Assembly: GCA_018057765.1 (NCBI GenBank) | Contig: JAGPDB010000002.1 | Coordinates: 32,138-96,137 of the forward strand | DNA length: 64,000 nt | Direction of reading: 5' to 3' | From: Acidimicrobiia bacterium | GTDB taxonomy: Bacteria; Actinomycetota; Acidimicrobiia; IMCC26256; JAGPDB01 | In this document: positions 1-10,040 of the stretch, piece after piece | How the letters are laid out: each line of letters starts with the position of its first letter | Numbering within the stretch: position 1 is the first letter of the stretch | The notes under the pieces: model-generated | Told to the model about the DNA's origin: nothing | Database searches by the model: none | What the model saw: only the letters and a program-made list of their open reading frames with translations | Program-made: the position numbers and the translations under genes

Positions 1-29
1 TGAGGCACAATTACTGCACAAATGTGGCA

Positions 30-67
30 CAAAAAAGCGTCCTACCCAAAAACCCAGGCAGGACGCT
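30..67 (-). terminator. Putative intrinsic terminator downstream of rplA. Hairpin agcgtcct..aggacgct followed on the minus strand by a TTTTTT run.
   Basis: An 8-bp inverted repeat at 36-43 and 60-67 with a 16-nt loop. The plus-strand A6 at 31-36 gives a U-run on the rplA transcript just past the rplA stop at 81. Confidence 0.4.
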
Positions 68-80
68 CAAAATTTGATAA

Positions 81-770
81 TTAACCGACAAGTACTTTTA
101 TACCGGGTCCCATTGTTGTTGAGATAGAAACATTTTTTATGTATTTACCTTTAGATGCAGCAGGTTTCTGTCTTTGAATTTCTTCTAATACAGCAGAATA
201 ATTCTCAGCAAGTTTGCTTGGTTCTAGGTTAGCTTTACCAATAACAATATGTATATTTCCAAAACGGTCAGTACGATATTCAACTTTACCAGCCTTGAAT
301 TCTTCAACAGCTTTAGCAACGTCAACTGTAACAGTTCCAGTTTTAGGGTTAGGCATAAGCCCACGAGGACCAAGAGCCTTACCTAAACGACCAACTTTTG
401 CCATCATGTCAGGAGAAGCAATAACAAGATCGAAATCCATCATTCCTTTTTCAACATCTGCTACAAGTTCATCAGCACCAACAAAGTCAGCGCCAGCAGC
501 TTTAGCAGCACTAGCAGCCTCACCTTGAGCGAATACTGCAATACGAACTGTTTTACCAGTTCCTTGTGGAAGGGCAATAGAGCCTCTAAGCATTTGGTCA
601 GCTTTACGCGGATCAATACCAAGACGGAAAACTACTTCAACACCTTCAACAAATTTACGTGCAGAGCTTGACGCAATTTCAGTTAACAATTCAAATGCTT
701 GTTTTGCTTCATACTGAACTTCTGGATTAACTTTTGCTTGTGCGTCTCTTACTTTTTTTGAAACTGCCAT
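81..770 (-). CDS. rplA: 50S ribosomal protein L1
   Basis: The ORF translation matches the L1 family. The likely true start is MAVSKK (ATG at 768-770) with a GGAGG RBS 6 nt upstream. The start lies 2 nt from the rplK stop. Confidence 0.93.
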   Translation of the reverse strand: MAVSKKVRDAQAKVNPEVQYEAKQAFELLTEIASSSARKFVEGVEVVFRLGIDPRKADQMLRGSIALPQGTGKTVRIAVFAQGEAASAAKAAGADFVGADELVADVEKGMMDFDLVIASPDMMAKVGRLGKALGPRGLMPNPKTGTVTVDVAKAVEEFKAGKVEYRTDRFGNIHIVIGKANLEPSKLAENYSAVLEEIQRQKPAASKGKYIKNVSISTTMGPGIKVLVG

Positions 771-772
771 GA

Positions 773-1201
773 TTATGCCTCCACAACTTCTATACCCATT
801 GAACGACATGTGCCTTCAATTTGTAACATTGCGCCTTCAATGTCGATAGCGTTAAGGTCGGGCATTTTAACTTCCGCGATCTCTTTAACTTGAGCGCGAG
901 TAATTTTTCCAACTTTAGTAGTTCGAGGATTATCAGTACCCTTTTCTAAACCCGCAGCTTTAAGAATTAATTTTGGAGCTGGAGGAGTTTTGAGTTTGAA
1001 ATCAAATGTACGGTCATCGTAGATAGAAATATCTACAGGAATAACTTGACCTTTTTTATCTTGTGTTGCTTCATTGTAAGCCTTACAGAAATCCATAATG
1101 TTTACACCGGTTGGACCAAGCGCGGTACCAACTGGAGGTGCTGGAGTTGCACCACCTGCTTGAATCTGTAGCTTTACTACAGTAGTAATTTTTTTCGCCA
1201 T
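773..1201 (-). CDS. rplK: 50S ribosomal protein L11
   Basis: 142 aa carrying the L11 N-terminal motif [43 protein letters not shown]. Immediately upstream of rplA, the classic rplKA operon. Confidence 0.95.
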   Translation of the reverse strand: MAKKITTVVKLQIQAGGATPAPPVGTALGPTGVNIMDFCKAYNEATQDKKGQVIPVDISIYDDRTFDFKLKTPPAPKLILKAAGLEKGTDNPRTTKVGKITRAQVKEIAEVKMPDLNAIDIEGAMLQIEGTCRSMGIEVVEA

Positions 1202-1317
1202 GAGGCTACCTGCTTTCTGTATAGTTACGTTCCTTGGTTTAAGGACATAATCACAAACCGAGGTTTTGTTTGCGAGCTTAAATTCTAGCGCTTTTCAGCT
1301 ATTAAGCCCAATCAGGT

Positions 1318-3177
1318 TTAAACAACCATACCAATAGGAGAAACTGTTGATGTACCAGGCCTTAAAAGGTCTGTGGGTATGTCAAGATCACCCAAAGCCT
1401 TTCTAAGACTGTCGATCCCTAAATATACGATTGATTTTTTCATATCAACAAAAACAGGATTTTTTAAGGAATATTTATCGCCCAATGGTGTAAGAACCTC
1501 AGTTCCGATATCTAAAACCAAAATTCTGTTTTTATCTTCACCAAGTGCAATACGCGAATAGCCACTGATTGTACTTTCATCAAATTTGGTTTCATTCGAT
1601 TCTCCCAGCTCCGCATCTACGTCTGGTGAAGACTCCAAACCAACATGTGTCAAGATACCTGTTTTAAAGTCAACAGTTTCCCAAATTACTCCTAAGTCTT
1701 GCAAAAATTTTTGTTCTTGTTCACTCAAACTTCCATATTTGCGGCTACTTAAAAAGCTTTTCAAAGTAGTTAACGGTTCACGGAGATTATCGTGACGCAA
1801 AGTATATATCTCACCAGAAGCCGTAACCAGCTCAGTTCCTACTGGGATAACTACATTTTGATTGAAGTTACCTTTTTTTGGAAGTTGATTAGGGTCAAGA
1901 TAACGGTCTGGAAAATTATCTGACCACATCTCTAAAGTTTTGAAATTGCGAGCTCTAATAAACTCATCGATTTCAAAGATGAACCCGCTTGCTAGTAAAA
2001 CTTTTCTCTGTTCATCAGAAATCACAAACTCGCCTTTGCGGATTTTATCCGCCGCAAAACCAACTTCTATTTTTACCTGGCTACTACTTTTATTTATTCC
2101 GAATTCTGCAATTAGCTTAGATGGTATATCTGCTAATTCAAAAGTTGCATTATTACCTATTGCTATGAATTCAAATTCTTTGTTAACTTCTTTCCATCTT
2201 TCGAAAGCAATTAGAAATAACTCAAAATCATGAGAGCCCATTTGCTCAAATACAATCGTATCTGCATTTTTCTTATCAGCTTTCATACCGTTGTTGTTTA
2301 TTAGCTCCTCTAGCAACTCAACATCGACAACAGTATTTCCGTCTATATTCAAATCAAACTCACCAGCAAAAAATCTACCTATTGCTACATCGCGTGTTTC
2401 ATCTATTCCATAAGGCCTGCCATTATGATCAAAGAAATAAGCACCTTTTTCGATATGAATTTTTGTATTTAATGGGAATAGTTTTGCATCTGGGTTCCGA
2501 TTCATCCAAAGTGCATATAGAGAATCATACATCGTACGTTCTGCTAATTTTTTACTTTTTAATACATCAACTGAAAGATCAGCAATCTCATATTGAAAAA
2601 TTATTCTTGGAATATTACCTTTCTCATTTAAATGTAAATAAAATTCTCCTACATCGAACGTAAGTGGCATAAAGATCTCGGATTTTTTACCATTAGCTAA
2701 TGAAAATTTTGTTCCTGGATCTAAGGTATATTTCTCACCAAGAATAGGTGGTCGTGAATTTTTCTTAATGAAAGATTCTAAAGCCATTAAATTTGCCATG
2801 AATTCAAAATGAAAAGAGGTTGGAGTAACATCTAATTGGGGAATATTTGCAATAGCATTATCGTTCAAAAAAGCTCTAATAGAAAGAGACCGTTTCGCAG
2901 TATAGCCACCAACGATCAGATACAATGGGTGAGCTAATTCTGCTTGTAGATGGTCGACCCTAATTGAACAACCTGCACAAAAATTAAAAGCCCGAAGCCT
3001 ATCGACCACCTTTCTACTATCAAATATTTTTGTGTCAGTATTTATACAGCTAGCAAATTGATATAATTCCGAACCAGCATTTCCTATAGCATCAGCAATG
3101 CTTGTAACTGGTTTACTTAAATATACAGGCGTCCCAGGTATACCTTTTGAACTATCATCATCCATGAAAATTTTCAT
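1318..3177 (-). CDS. Large hypothetical protein (619 aa) of unknown family. No P-loop and no recognisable catalytic motif.
   Basis: A long uninterrupted ORF with codon usage like its neighbours. Sits between rplK and nusG, where no gene is normally present. I could not assign a family from sequence alone. Confidence 0.6.
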   Translation of the reverse strand: MKIFMDDDSSKGIPGTPVYLSKPVTSIADAIGNAGSELYQFASCINTDTKIFDSRKVVDRLRAFNFCAGCSIRVDHLQAELAHPLYLIVGGYTAKRSLSIRAFLNDNAIANIPQLDVTPTSFHFEFMANLMALESFIKKNSRPPILGEKYTLDPGTKFSLANGKKSEIFMPLTFDVGEFYLHLNEKGNIPRIIFQYEIADLSVDVLKSKKLAERTMYDSLYALWMNRNPDAKLFPLNTKIHIEKGAYFFDHNGRPYGIDETRDVAIGRFFAGEFDLNIDGNTVVDVELLEELINNNGMKADKKNADTIVFEQMGSHDFELFLIAFERWKEVNKEFEFIAIGNNATFELADIPSKLIAEFGINKSSSQVKIEVGFAADKIRKGEFVISDEQRKVLLASGFIFEIDEFIRARNFKTLEMWSDNFPDRYLDPNQLPKKGNFNQNVVIPVGTELVTASGEIYTLRHDNLREPLTTLKSFLSSRKYGSLSEQEQKFLQDLGVIWETVDFKTGILTHVGLESSPDVDAELGESNETKFDESTISGYSRIALGEDKNRILVLDIGTEVLTPLGDKYSLKNPVFVDMKKSIVYLGIDSLRKALGDLDIPTDLLRPGTSTVSPIGMVV

Positions 3178-3252
3178 CCTTATTAATTGATTATAAAGAA
3201 TAGTTCTTATTGATACGGATACTCAAGTTTGAATAATTGATATACTCGGTTA

Positions 3253-3897
3253 ATGCAAAGCACAGTATTGATATATCTAAGTGGTACTGGGCCAATTCGC
3301 TTTCCAGTCGAAATCGACAAATTAAAGCTAGTCAAGGTTATTGCCGCGGATTCAGGCATTGAATTAGCGCAAAAACATAATACGCACGTTGATGTTTTAG
3401 TCGGTGATTTAGATTCAGCATCAGAACATTGCATATTGATAGCAGAGAAAGACGGCACTGAGATAATTGAATTTGACATTGACAAAGATTTTACAGATTT
3501 TGAATTAGCTGTGGCAGAAGCGAAAACAACAGATGCAGAAAGGTTAATAATAATTGGTGGGGGTGGGCTAAGAAGCGACCACCTACTTGCTAATATCTCG
3601 GTTTTAGCAGGAAGTCACACAGAAGAATTTATTGTTGATATATATTTCGAAAACGAGATATTAAAAATATGTAGAAATAATCAACCTAGAAATATCTATG
3701 GAAAAATTGGTTCCTTGGTTTCCTTGATTCCTGTAAATGGAGATGTACAAGGTGTCACTACTAATAATTTAAAATGGAATTTAGAAAATGAAAAGTTAAG
3801 TTCATCGCGCGCATTAGGAATCAGTAATGTACTATTAGATAATGAAGCAGATATAGAAATAAAAAGTGGATCGTTATTAATTGTCCAGCAGATTTAA
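3253..3897 (+). CDS. thiN: Thiamine pyrophosphokinase (TPK)
   Basis: TPK-like motif order: VIAADSG, VGDLDS (a GDxDS-like motif), a DxTDFELA-like motif, IIGGGGLRSDHLLANI, and a C-terminal thiamin-binding beta domain. Size 214 aa. Confidence 0.7.
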   Translation: MQSTVLIYLSGTGPIRFPVEIDKLKLVKVIAADSGIELAQKHNTHVDVLVGDLDSASEHCILIAEKDGTEIIEFDIDKDFTDFELAVAEAKTTDAERLIIIGGGGLRSDHLLANISVLAGSHTEEFIVDIYFENEILKICRNNQPRNIYGKIGSLVSLIPVNGDVQGVTTNNLKWNLENEKLSSSRALGISNVLLDNEADIEIKSGSLLIVQQI

Positions 3898-3975
3898 ATT
3901 ATTTAAGTTATTTAAATCTTTATCTTTCTATCTTTTTATTTTTTTATCTTTTTATCTTTTTATTTTTCTATTTCA
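3898..3975. repeat. Short T-rich tandem repeat (units like TTATCTTTT / TATTTTTC) between convergent genes
   Basis: The string ttatctttctatctttttatttttttatctttttatctttttatttttctatttc is directly visible. It sits between the thiN stop and the MarR stop. Confidence 0.5.
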
Positions 3976-4427
3976 ACACCAGGTGCTATTGAATTAAATA
4001 CATCTGTTAAATATTTTACTTTGCCATCACCTATTGGTTCAATAAAGTTTTGCAAAACACCATCGACATGTACAGAAGAATATTTTTTTATTAGCGCAAA
4101 ACCTTTTTTAGTTAACTGACAAGTTTGACCCCTACCATCTTCTAAAACTTCTAATCTTTTGACCAAACCGTCTATTTCTAATTGTGTGACTCTATAAGTC
4201 AACCTGGATTTATTTGCGCTAACACTTTTAGCTAAATCTGTCATACGCATAGAATGGTCATTGCTTTCGGAAAGTTTGACAAATATCTCGTATGTCAAAA
4301 GATCAATTCCTGCACTTTTTTCTAAATCTTCATTAAGTTTTTTCGTCAGACGAAATTGTGCACCAAGAAATGCTCTCCATAATTTTTGTTCTTCTAGTGT
4401 TAACCACCGTTTTGGTGCTTTATCCAT
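3960..4427 (-). CDS. MarR-family transcriptional regulator
   Basis: 155 aa. A winged-helix region (MTDLAKSVSANKSRLTYRVTQLEIDGLVKRLEVLEDGRGQTCQLTKKG) typical of MarR. Divergent from a YceI-like gene. Confidence 0.85.
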   Translation of the reverse strand: MDKAPKRWLTLEEQKLWRAFLGAQFRLTKKLNEDLEKSAGIDLLTYEIFVKLSESNDHSMRMTDLAKSVSANKSRLTYRVTQLEIDGLVKRLEVLEDGRGQTCQLTKKGFALIKKYSSVHVDGVLQNFIEPIGDGKVKYLTDVFNSIAPGVEIEK

Positions 4428-4550
4428 TTTTCCTCTTAATCTTTACTATTAACCTAATTGTATTGACAATTCAGAATATTGTTCAAATCTGAACTATATT
4501 CTATTCCATTGATACAATATATGTTATATCAAAGATAATAAGGAGATAAA

Positions 4551-5087
4551 ATGACATTACCAATCGCTACCGGAAAATGGGCTATAGACCCAACACATTC
4601 AAGCATCGGATTTATTGCGAAACATTTAGGTTTCACAAAAGTTAGAGGATCATTCGAAGAATATTCACTCGAAGTAAACGTAGGCGATACATTAGAAAAC
4701 TCAAGTGTAAGTACTACAGTTAATTTAAATAGTGTCAATACTTCGAATGCAGACCGTGATGAGCACCTAAAGGGTGCGGATTTTTTTGGTGGCAGCGAAA
4801 ACCCAACAATGGTCTTTAAATCATCATCAATTACTGGTAGTGCAGATGATTTTAAAATATTAGGTGACCTAACTATCAATGGAAAGACAATGCCAGTTGA
4901 ATTCGAAGCTGAATTCGGTGGAGCAGTTACAGACCCATTCGGAAATCTAAAAGCTGGGTTTGAAGCTAAAGGTGAAATTAACAGAACTGATTTCGGCATT
5001 AATTGGAATGTTCCAGTTGGAGATGGTTTTCTAGTTTCAGAAAAAATCAAAATTGAATTAGATGTACAATTAACACCCGCTAGTTAA
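4551..5087 (+). CDS. YceI-like (polyisoprenoid-binding) family protein
   Basis: 178 aa. N-terminal WAIDPTHSSIGFIAKHLGFTKVRGSF and C-terminal EINRTDFGINW are characteristic of the YceI family. Has a GGAG RBS. Confidence 0.85.
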   Translation: MTLPIATGKWAIDPTHSSIGFIAKHLGFTKVRGSFEEYSLEVNVGDTLENSSVSTTVNLNSVNTSNADRDEHLKGADFFGGSENPTMVFKSSSITGSADDFKILGDLTINGKTMPVEFEAEFGGAVTDPFGNLKAGFEAKGEINRTDFGINWNVPVGDGFLVSEKIKIELDVQLTPAS

Positions 5088-5132
5088 ATTTCCTCAAAAG
5101 ACTCTAAGGTCTGTACTTGCCGCGCAGTTTAT

Positions 5133-5170
5133 CCATATATGGGTAAATTTTGCAGGGACGGACCTTGTAG
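5133..5170. repeat. Copy a of the conserved intergenic hairpin motif (…atatgggtaaattttGCAGGGACGGACCTTGTag)
   Basis: Near-identical to the 8826-8860 copy, including about 20 nt of 5' flank. Stem gcaggg/ccttgt with loop ACGGA. Confidence 0.6.
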
Positions 5171-5206
5171 ATCCTTGTAGAGCTTGTACCCTACAACTTG
5201 ACAAAC

Positions 5207-5938
5207 TTAGAGTTTGGCTACTTGACCAAATTCCAATTCAACTGGTGTTTCGCGCCCAAAAATATCAACAAGTACTTTAAGTGTATTCTTATCAATATCA
5301 ATATCTGAAATTGCACCATTGAAATCTGCAAAAGGACCAGTAGTAACTCGCACTTGTTGTCCAACTTCGAAATCTAAACGAGGATGAGATTTAACTGCAG
5401 CTGCTACTTGTGTTTTCTCACCAGTATCACCACTACCCAAAATATTTTCTACTTCTTTACGGCTTAACGGATTTGGTTTTGAATCAGCACCAACGAAACC
5501 AGTAACACCAGGTGTGTTACGAATCACGTACCAAGTATCATCATCAAGATTCATACGAATCAAAACATATCCTGGAAAAACTTTTTTCTTAACAATAGTT
5601 TTCTTGCCATTTTTAAATTCAATAACGTCTTCCATAGGAACGACTATTTCGTGGATACGCTCTTCAACATTCATAGAACGCATACGAGTCTCTATATTTT
5701 GCTGAACACGGTTTTCGTATCCTGCATATGAATGAAGTACATACCATTTACCTTTGCGGTCATATGGAGAAATGATAATTTCGTCTTCGTCTTCATCATC
5801 ATCACTTGAAACCACATCAACAAGTTCAGCAGCATCATCAAAAGCAACTTCGCCCTTATCAATTGTTTCGGGTTCAACGAACGCAGTTCCGTCTGCTTCA
5901 TTGATTTGATCGGTTTCGTTTATAGTTGTTTCTTCCAT
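5207..5938 (-). CDS. nusG: Transcription termination/antitermination factor NusG, with an acidic N-terminal extension
   Basis: An NGN domain (WYVLHSYAGYENRV) and a KOW region (FEVGQQVRVTTGPFADFNGAISDID). Lies downstream of secE. Confidence 0.95.
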   Translation of the reverse strand: MEETTINETDQINEADGTAFVEPETIDKGEVAFDDAAELVDVVSSDDDEDEDEIIISPYDRKGKWYVLHSYAGYENRVQQNIETRMRSMNVEERIHEIVVPMEDVIEFKNGKKTIVKKKVFPGYVLIRMNLDDDTWYVIRNTPGVTGFVGADSKPNPLSRKEVENILGSGDTGEKTQVAAAVKSHPRLDFEVGQQVRVTTGPFADFNGAISDIDIDKNTLKVLVDIFGRETPVELEFGQVAKL

Positions 5939-5972
5939 TTTCTTTCCAATATCCTTCTAGATTTTTAAATAA

Positions 5973-6344
5973 TTATTTACTGTAAATTATATTTGCTAAT
6001 TTTTCAGCACCGTAATCAGTTCCAAGGATTAATATTGTAACAAGAACTATGCATACAAGTACAATAATGGTTGAATTTACCACTTCTTTACCGCTAGGCC
6101 AAGATACTTTTTTGAGTTCTTGCCATGCTTCTTTGAAAAAGTTTATAGATTTTTTGATGACATTTACTTTGGGAGCATTAGGATTTTTCGGTGGACGCTT
6201 TTTTGTGGCAGCATTCTTTTTCATATTTGCTCGTTGAGAATCTGCATCCATTCCCATTTTTGTGGTCATGCGACGCATCTCGCGGTTCATTGGTTCTTCA
6301 GGTGATGTCATAAGTGAATTCATTTTAGTACGCAATGAGCCCAA
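5973..6344 (-). CDS. secE: Preprotein translocase subunit SecE, with an N-terminal extension
   Basis: A C-terminal single TM helix with the conserved FFKEAWQELKKVSWPSGKEVVNSTIIVLV segment. Positioned immediately upstream of nusG. Confidence 0.85.
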   Translation of the reverse strand: MGSLRTKMNSLMTSPEEPMNREMRRMTTKMGMDADSQRANMKKNAATKKRPPKNPNAPKVNVIKKSINFFKEAWQELKKVSWPSGKEVVNSTIIVLVCIVLVTILILGTDYGAEKLANIIYSK

Positions 6345-6472
6345 TAACCTGATTAGTTTTGCATTTTTTAGACTTTATCTAAAACATTTATAAAAATAAC
6401 GATAAGATTGGCGATTCTGTAACATCAAGCTCAACTGTCCTGCTAATTAAAAGACAAATTGATAGCCAACAT

Positions 6473-7147
6473 TTATTTTTTGGTTGAAGCCATTGAAAGG
6501 TTTTTTAATGCTACTCGTATTGCAGATATAGCTTTATCTACTTCAAAGTCACGCACTAATACCATAATCTCATTTAGTGTTGTGTATATTTCTATTACCG
6601 AAATACCTTCCCAAGCTAAAATCCTGAGTGGGAATTGCAATACACCTGTAGTTTCAATTTGACCATGTGTGCGTTGCAGAGAAATACCAGTCAGATCGGG
6701 GATGATGTTGACGATTTCTTCATTTTTTAATTCAATTTCTAAAGTCGATTGTAGTGATTTACTTGTTATTATTGATGTCTCATTAAACCCTTGTGTGAAA
6801 ATAAATACAGACGCGAAGTTAGTTTCCAAATTTTTTGAGATCTTTGCCAACTTTGTTAATAGCTCTGATGAATTTTTGACAGTCATTTCAAATAGGTCAG
6901 ATCGAAGTCCAAGGTTTGCTAAATAATCGGCCGGATTGACTTGATAGTAGGGTTTCATTTGGGAAACGTAACGCTGCAGAGCTATAACTACCGATCCCTG
7001 GGTAATTGATTTTCGCAATTCATTTTGTATTTGTGGCTGTATCTTGCGCGCCAAAGAAGAAAGGTTAATCAGCTTTTCGGTTAATGCTTCGCGCATATAA
7101 GGCGACTGGTTAACTATTTCTTCAACACTTTGTGAGATTGATATCAT
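6473..7147 (-). CDS. Hypothetical protein (about 224 aa)
   Basis: The ORF extends to 7213, but the plausible start is MISISQ (ATG at 7145-7147). No family recognised. Confidence 0.55.
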   Translation of the reverse strand: MISISQSVEEIVNQSPYMREALTEKLINLSSLARKIQPQIQNELRKSITQGSVVIALQRYVSQMKPYYQVNPADYLANLGLRSDLFEMTVKNSSELLTKLAKISKNLETNFASVFIFTQGFNETSIITSKSLQSTLEIELKNEEIVNIIPDLTGISLQRTHGQIETTGVLQFPLRILAWEGISVIEIYTTLNEIMVLVRDFEVDKAISAIRVALKNLSMASTKK

Positions 7148-7268
7148 GTATATTATTATACAGACACTATTAGAATTGTACAATATGTATAAATAATTGA
7201 TTCTTATCATCATTTCGCCTTTAATAACTTATACAAGCTACGAGCTTGTGGTATTTAAGGACGAGATT

Positions 7269-8810
7269 ATGGTTACTAAGAAGAAGAAAAGAACGAAACC
7301 AATTTTTATACGTGATACTGAAGGCATAGTTAGCAAAAAACTTGCTGAGTATCTTTTAAGTCTGCGCAAAACTGGTGAAGTTGATCAGACTCCAGTACTC
7401 ACTAAAACAAAAGCGGTTGCTTGGGCTAAAACACATACTACTTTTCCTCAACGACATTTGGACAGGTATGAACTTGGTCTAGTTGAAGAACAACTGAGAG
7501 GTCATTTTGATATCCGTTATTCAAGTACAAAGCTAGTTGAAGTTGCCGAATATGTATATAAAGTGCGAAGTGTTTACGGGATGAACCTTAGGCAATGTCG
7601 CGATTTTCTTTCGAGTCATTTCGTTGCGAGCAGACCAGCAGTACAAGACGCCTTAAATGCTGCGATTATGAATTCATTCCAACTTTCAAGAGATCTACCT
7701 TTTTGGGATCAAGCTCAGTATGGAAAATTTGAATACCTGTGCAAGAATTTAGCGGATGAACAAAAAATAGACACTCGGCTTGGTTGGGAAAGACACGTGT
7801 TCACCCAGGTACAAAACTATATATTCCAATGTCTACATATGGCTTCTCCCAGAAATGATGCTCGATACAAAATAGCTCCTGATGAGCTTAAAAGGTTTAG
7901 GCCAATAATCGAAAACGAGCTAAGAGCACTAGTAGATCGCAGTCGCGATGCTGGACAAGAACAACTTGTTGAACTCACAAAAAGAATAATAGAAATTAGC
8001 TCATTTCGGTCAATAGATTTTTCAGGATTTGATCTTGCAGTAGCTTTCATGTCGCAATTTGATCTACCTAATTTTGAGCTTTATGCGAATCTAAGATTAT
8101 TCATATCTCAACCCGAGAGTTTAAAAGCGGTTCAGAAATTTACTGAATTTGTTAAAGATTTATCGCCAGAAGAATTGGTTGAAAGTTTTAGACAGATAGC
8201 GCCCATACATCGTCATGGTTCCAGTGCTGTTGTGCTTGCGAACCTAATTAAGAGTAATGCCTTAACCCCAGAACAGTCTATTGCATTTGCAGAATTTGCT
8301 GTTCAAGAGTGGGCTGGATTCCCAAAATATAATCATGAGAAAGCAGACAGACTATTCAATTTTGGAATGAGTGGCGAGTTGGATGCATTTAAAGATTCTA
8401 ATAGTCAAGCATACGAAGCATTTATGCTATTTTCTGTTCTTAGAAAACAACCGACAGAGGATTGGGATAAAATCCCCCGAAGTACAGGGCCAAATCCTGC
8501 GTTTGATGTGCTTGTGAATAGTTTTCCAGAATATGTTGAGAAATTAATCGATGCCAACTTTGTCCCAGAGCAAGAGGAAATTAGTACCGTAGCTAAGGCA
8601 TTTGGTTTAGATAGCGATGATCCCGCCGTTACTAATGTTTTACAACAATTAGTGACTCATCCTAATGCCAGTGACGTATTAGCTAGCCTTCAAGTTCGCA
8701 GAGCAGACAGGGAAGCTAAATCCAGTGCCATTCGAGCATCCATATTACAAGAAGGAGTTACGTCCTCAATCCAAGCCAGCTCAATAGAAGCCTTACCAAT
8801 AACCCACTAA
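7269..8810 (+). CDS. Hypothetical protein (about 513 aa)
   Basis: Start MVTKKKK at 7269 with an AAGGA RBS. A long ORF with no recognised family. Part of the block between secE and tRNA-Trp. Confidence 0.6.
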   Translation: MVTKKKKRTKPIFIRDTEGIVSKKLAEYLLSLRKTGEVDQTPVLTKTKAVAWAKTHTTFPQRHLDRYELGLVEEQLRGHFDIRYSSTKLVEVAEYVYKVRSVYGMNLRQCRDFLSSHFVASRPAVQDALNAAIMNSFQLSRDLPFWDQAQYGKFEYLCKNLADEQKIDTRLGWERHVFTQVQNYIFQCLHMASPRNDARYKIAPDELKRFRPIIENELRALVDRSRDAGQEQLVELTKRIIEISSFRSIDFSGFDLAVAFMSQFDLPNFELYANLRLFISQPESLKAVQKFTEFVKDLSPEELVESFRQIAPIHRHGSSAVVLANLIKSNALTPEQSIAFAEFAVQEWAGFPKYNHEKADRLFNFGMSGELDAFKDSNSQAYEAFMLFSVLRKQPTEDWDKIPRSTGPNPAFDVLVNSFPEYVEKLIDANFVPEQEEISTVAKAFGLDSDDPAVTNVLQQLVTHPNASDVLASLQVRRADREAKSSAIRASILQEGVTSSIQASSIEALPITH

Positions 8811-8825
8811 TGTACAGTTTATGTA

Positions 8826-8860
8826 GATATGGGCAAATTTCGCAAGGACGGACCTTGCAC
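8826..8860. repeat. Copy b of the conserved intergenic hairpin motif (atatgggcaaatttcGCAAGGACGGACCTTGCac)
   Basis: Perfect 6-bp stem gcaagg/ccttgc around loop ACGGA. The flank is shared with the 5133-5170 copy. Confidence 0.6.
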
Positions 8861-8876
8861 AATCAGACAATACAGT

Positions 8877-10040
8877 TTAAAGGCCGGGCTGATGTGGTGT
8901 AGTAGCCAGAGTGGTAGGTGGTGTAGTTGCGGGTGGTTGAGTTGTATGAGGAATTTCTTGCGTTGCAACAGTTGATTCCCCACCATCACTCCAAGGTTGG
9001 TGGTGAGGTTTCTCTGGTATGACCATACTTGGATCATGTGGAGGATTTTTTGGTCGGTTGTTATCTGGTAATAGTGATGGTTCGCCCTCTGGATCTGCAA
9101 AACTACGTTTGGTATTAGGCGAATTTGGGATATGATGTCCTGAAGTTCCCTCAGTATCGTTAAGTTCAAATGTTGAAAGACGATTAGCATCTATAGAAGA
9201 TGGGCGTGGGCTCTGATGAGAGGCTACAAGCCGGGGATAACTAAATTTCTCAGGTACACCACCAAAAGTTGATGGTTCAATTATTATAGTGCGCATAGCC
9301 TTGCCATTCTCACCTATATCTTCATTGTCAATACTTACACCATCGAGCTTGTGAGCATAATCAAATACCAAGCTACCTGAATTAGCCTCAATAAGCTGGC
9401 GTACAATATCTTTATGGTCAAGACCCTCAAACTTTTCTATGTTTTTTAATACCGAAAGCCCATTACCCGCAACTATAAGCCTTCGCGCAATTTCACCATG
9501 ATATTTAGCATCAAAATTTTCTATACCCACGGCAGCTTCAAAGCCAACACCAGCATCAATTGCACTTTCAACAACAGACATTTGATCTAATTTATCGAAT
9601 ATGTTCATATTATTAATTACAAAACTGAATTCTCGTTTTTGCATTAAATGATCTGCAAGTTCAGCTGTTAGATTTTTGAATCCTTCTATATATTTTTTAA
9701 CATCATTGACATAGCCATTTTCTGTCAAAAATATCGCAATCGCATTATGGTCCGATTCAGGAAAGTATTTGATCCCTGGTGCTATGAACTCTCCATAGCC
9801 ACCAACTATGAGACCGACTGCTATCTCTGCATCTAGGGAACTAACTTTTTCGTAACTATATTCCTCTAGCTTATATGCTACTGCCCACCCTTGTTTTAGT
9901 GCGATAAGCCTATGAGCAATATACTTTTGATCTTCTGGTGAATATCTAGAGACATCGATTGATAATCTTTCATAATCTCCATTGACTAATCTTATATCCG
10001 CTTGTTCTCTTGGTATTGTCATCCCATTAGCATACAACAA
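8877..10040 (-). CDS. Hypothetical repeat protein (387 aa) with about 7 internal roughly 24-aa repeats and a Pro/Thr/His-rich C-terminal tail
   Basis: Repeats of the form xxxIAxxLIxxGxGxxVxxNxxKF (for example HRLIALKQGWAVAYKL, ARRLIVAGNGLSVLKNIEKF, VRQLIEANSGSLVFDYAHKL). The tail reads TTQPPATTPPTTLATTPHQPGL. Confidence 0.65.
   Translation of the reverse strand: MLYANGMTIPREQADIRLVNGDYERLSIDVSRYSPEDQKYIAHRLIALKQGWAVAYKLEEYSYEKVSSLDAEIAVGLIVGGYGEFIAPGIKYFPESDHNAIAIFLTENGYVNDVKKYIEGFKNLTAELADHLMQKREFSFVINNMNIFDKLDQMSVVESAIDAGVGFEAAVGIENFDAKYHGEIARRLIVAGNGLSVLKNIEKFEGLDHKDIVRQLIEANSGSLVFDYAHKLDGVSIDNEDIGENGKAMRTIIIEPSTFGGVPEKFSYPRLVASHQSPRPSSIDANRLSTFELNDTEGTSGHHIPNSPNTKRSFADPEGEPSLLPDNNRPKNPPHDPSMVIPEKPHHQPWSDGGESTVATQEIPHTTQPPATTPPTTLATTPHQPGL

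Noticed and set aside
214-528. 104-aa ORF on the plus strand
   Set aside because: Entirely antisense within rplA. Ala/Ser/Pro-rich shadow frame of a ribosomal gene with no RBS.
1202-1317. Possible L1-binding autoregulatory leader upstream of rplK
   Set aside because: I could not recognise the 23S-mimic structure by eye. It needs a covariance-model search.
1318-3177. Idea that the 619-aa protein is a SIR2-like defence protein (FNFCAGCSIR resembling GAGxS)
   Set aside because: The surrounding sequence lacks the hydrophobic strand and downstream SIR2 motifs. The resemblance is limited to four residues.
4529-5050. 173-aa ORF on the minus strand
   Set aside because: Antisense shadow of the well-supported YceI-like gene.
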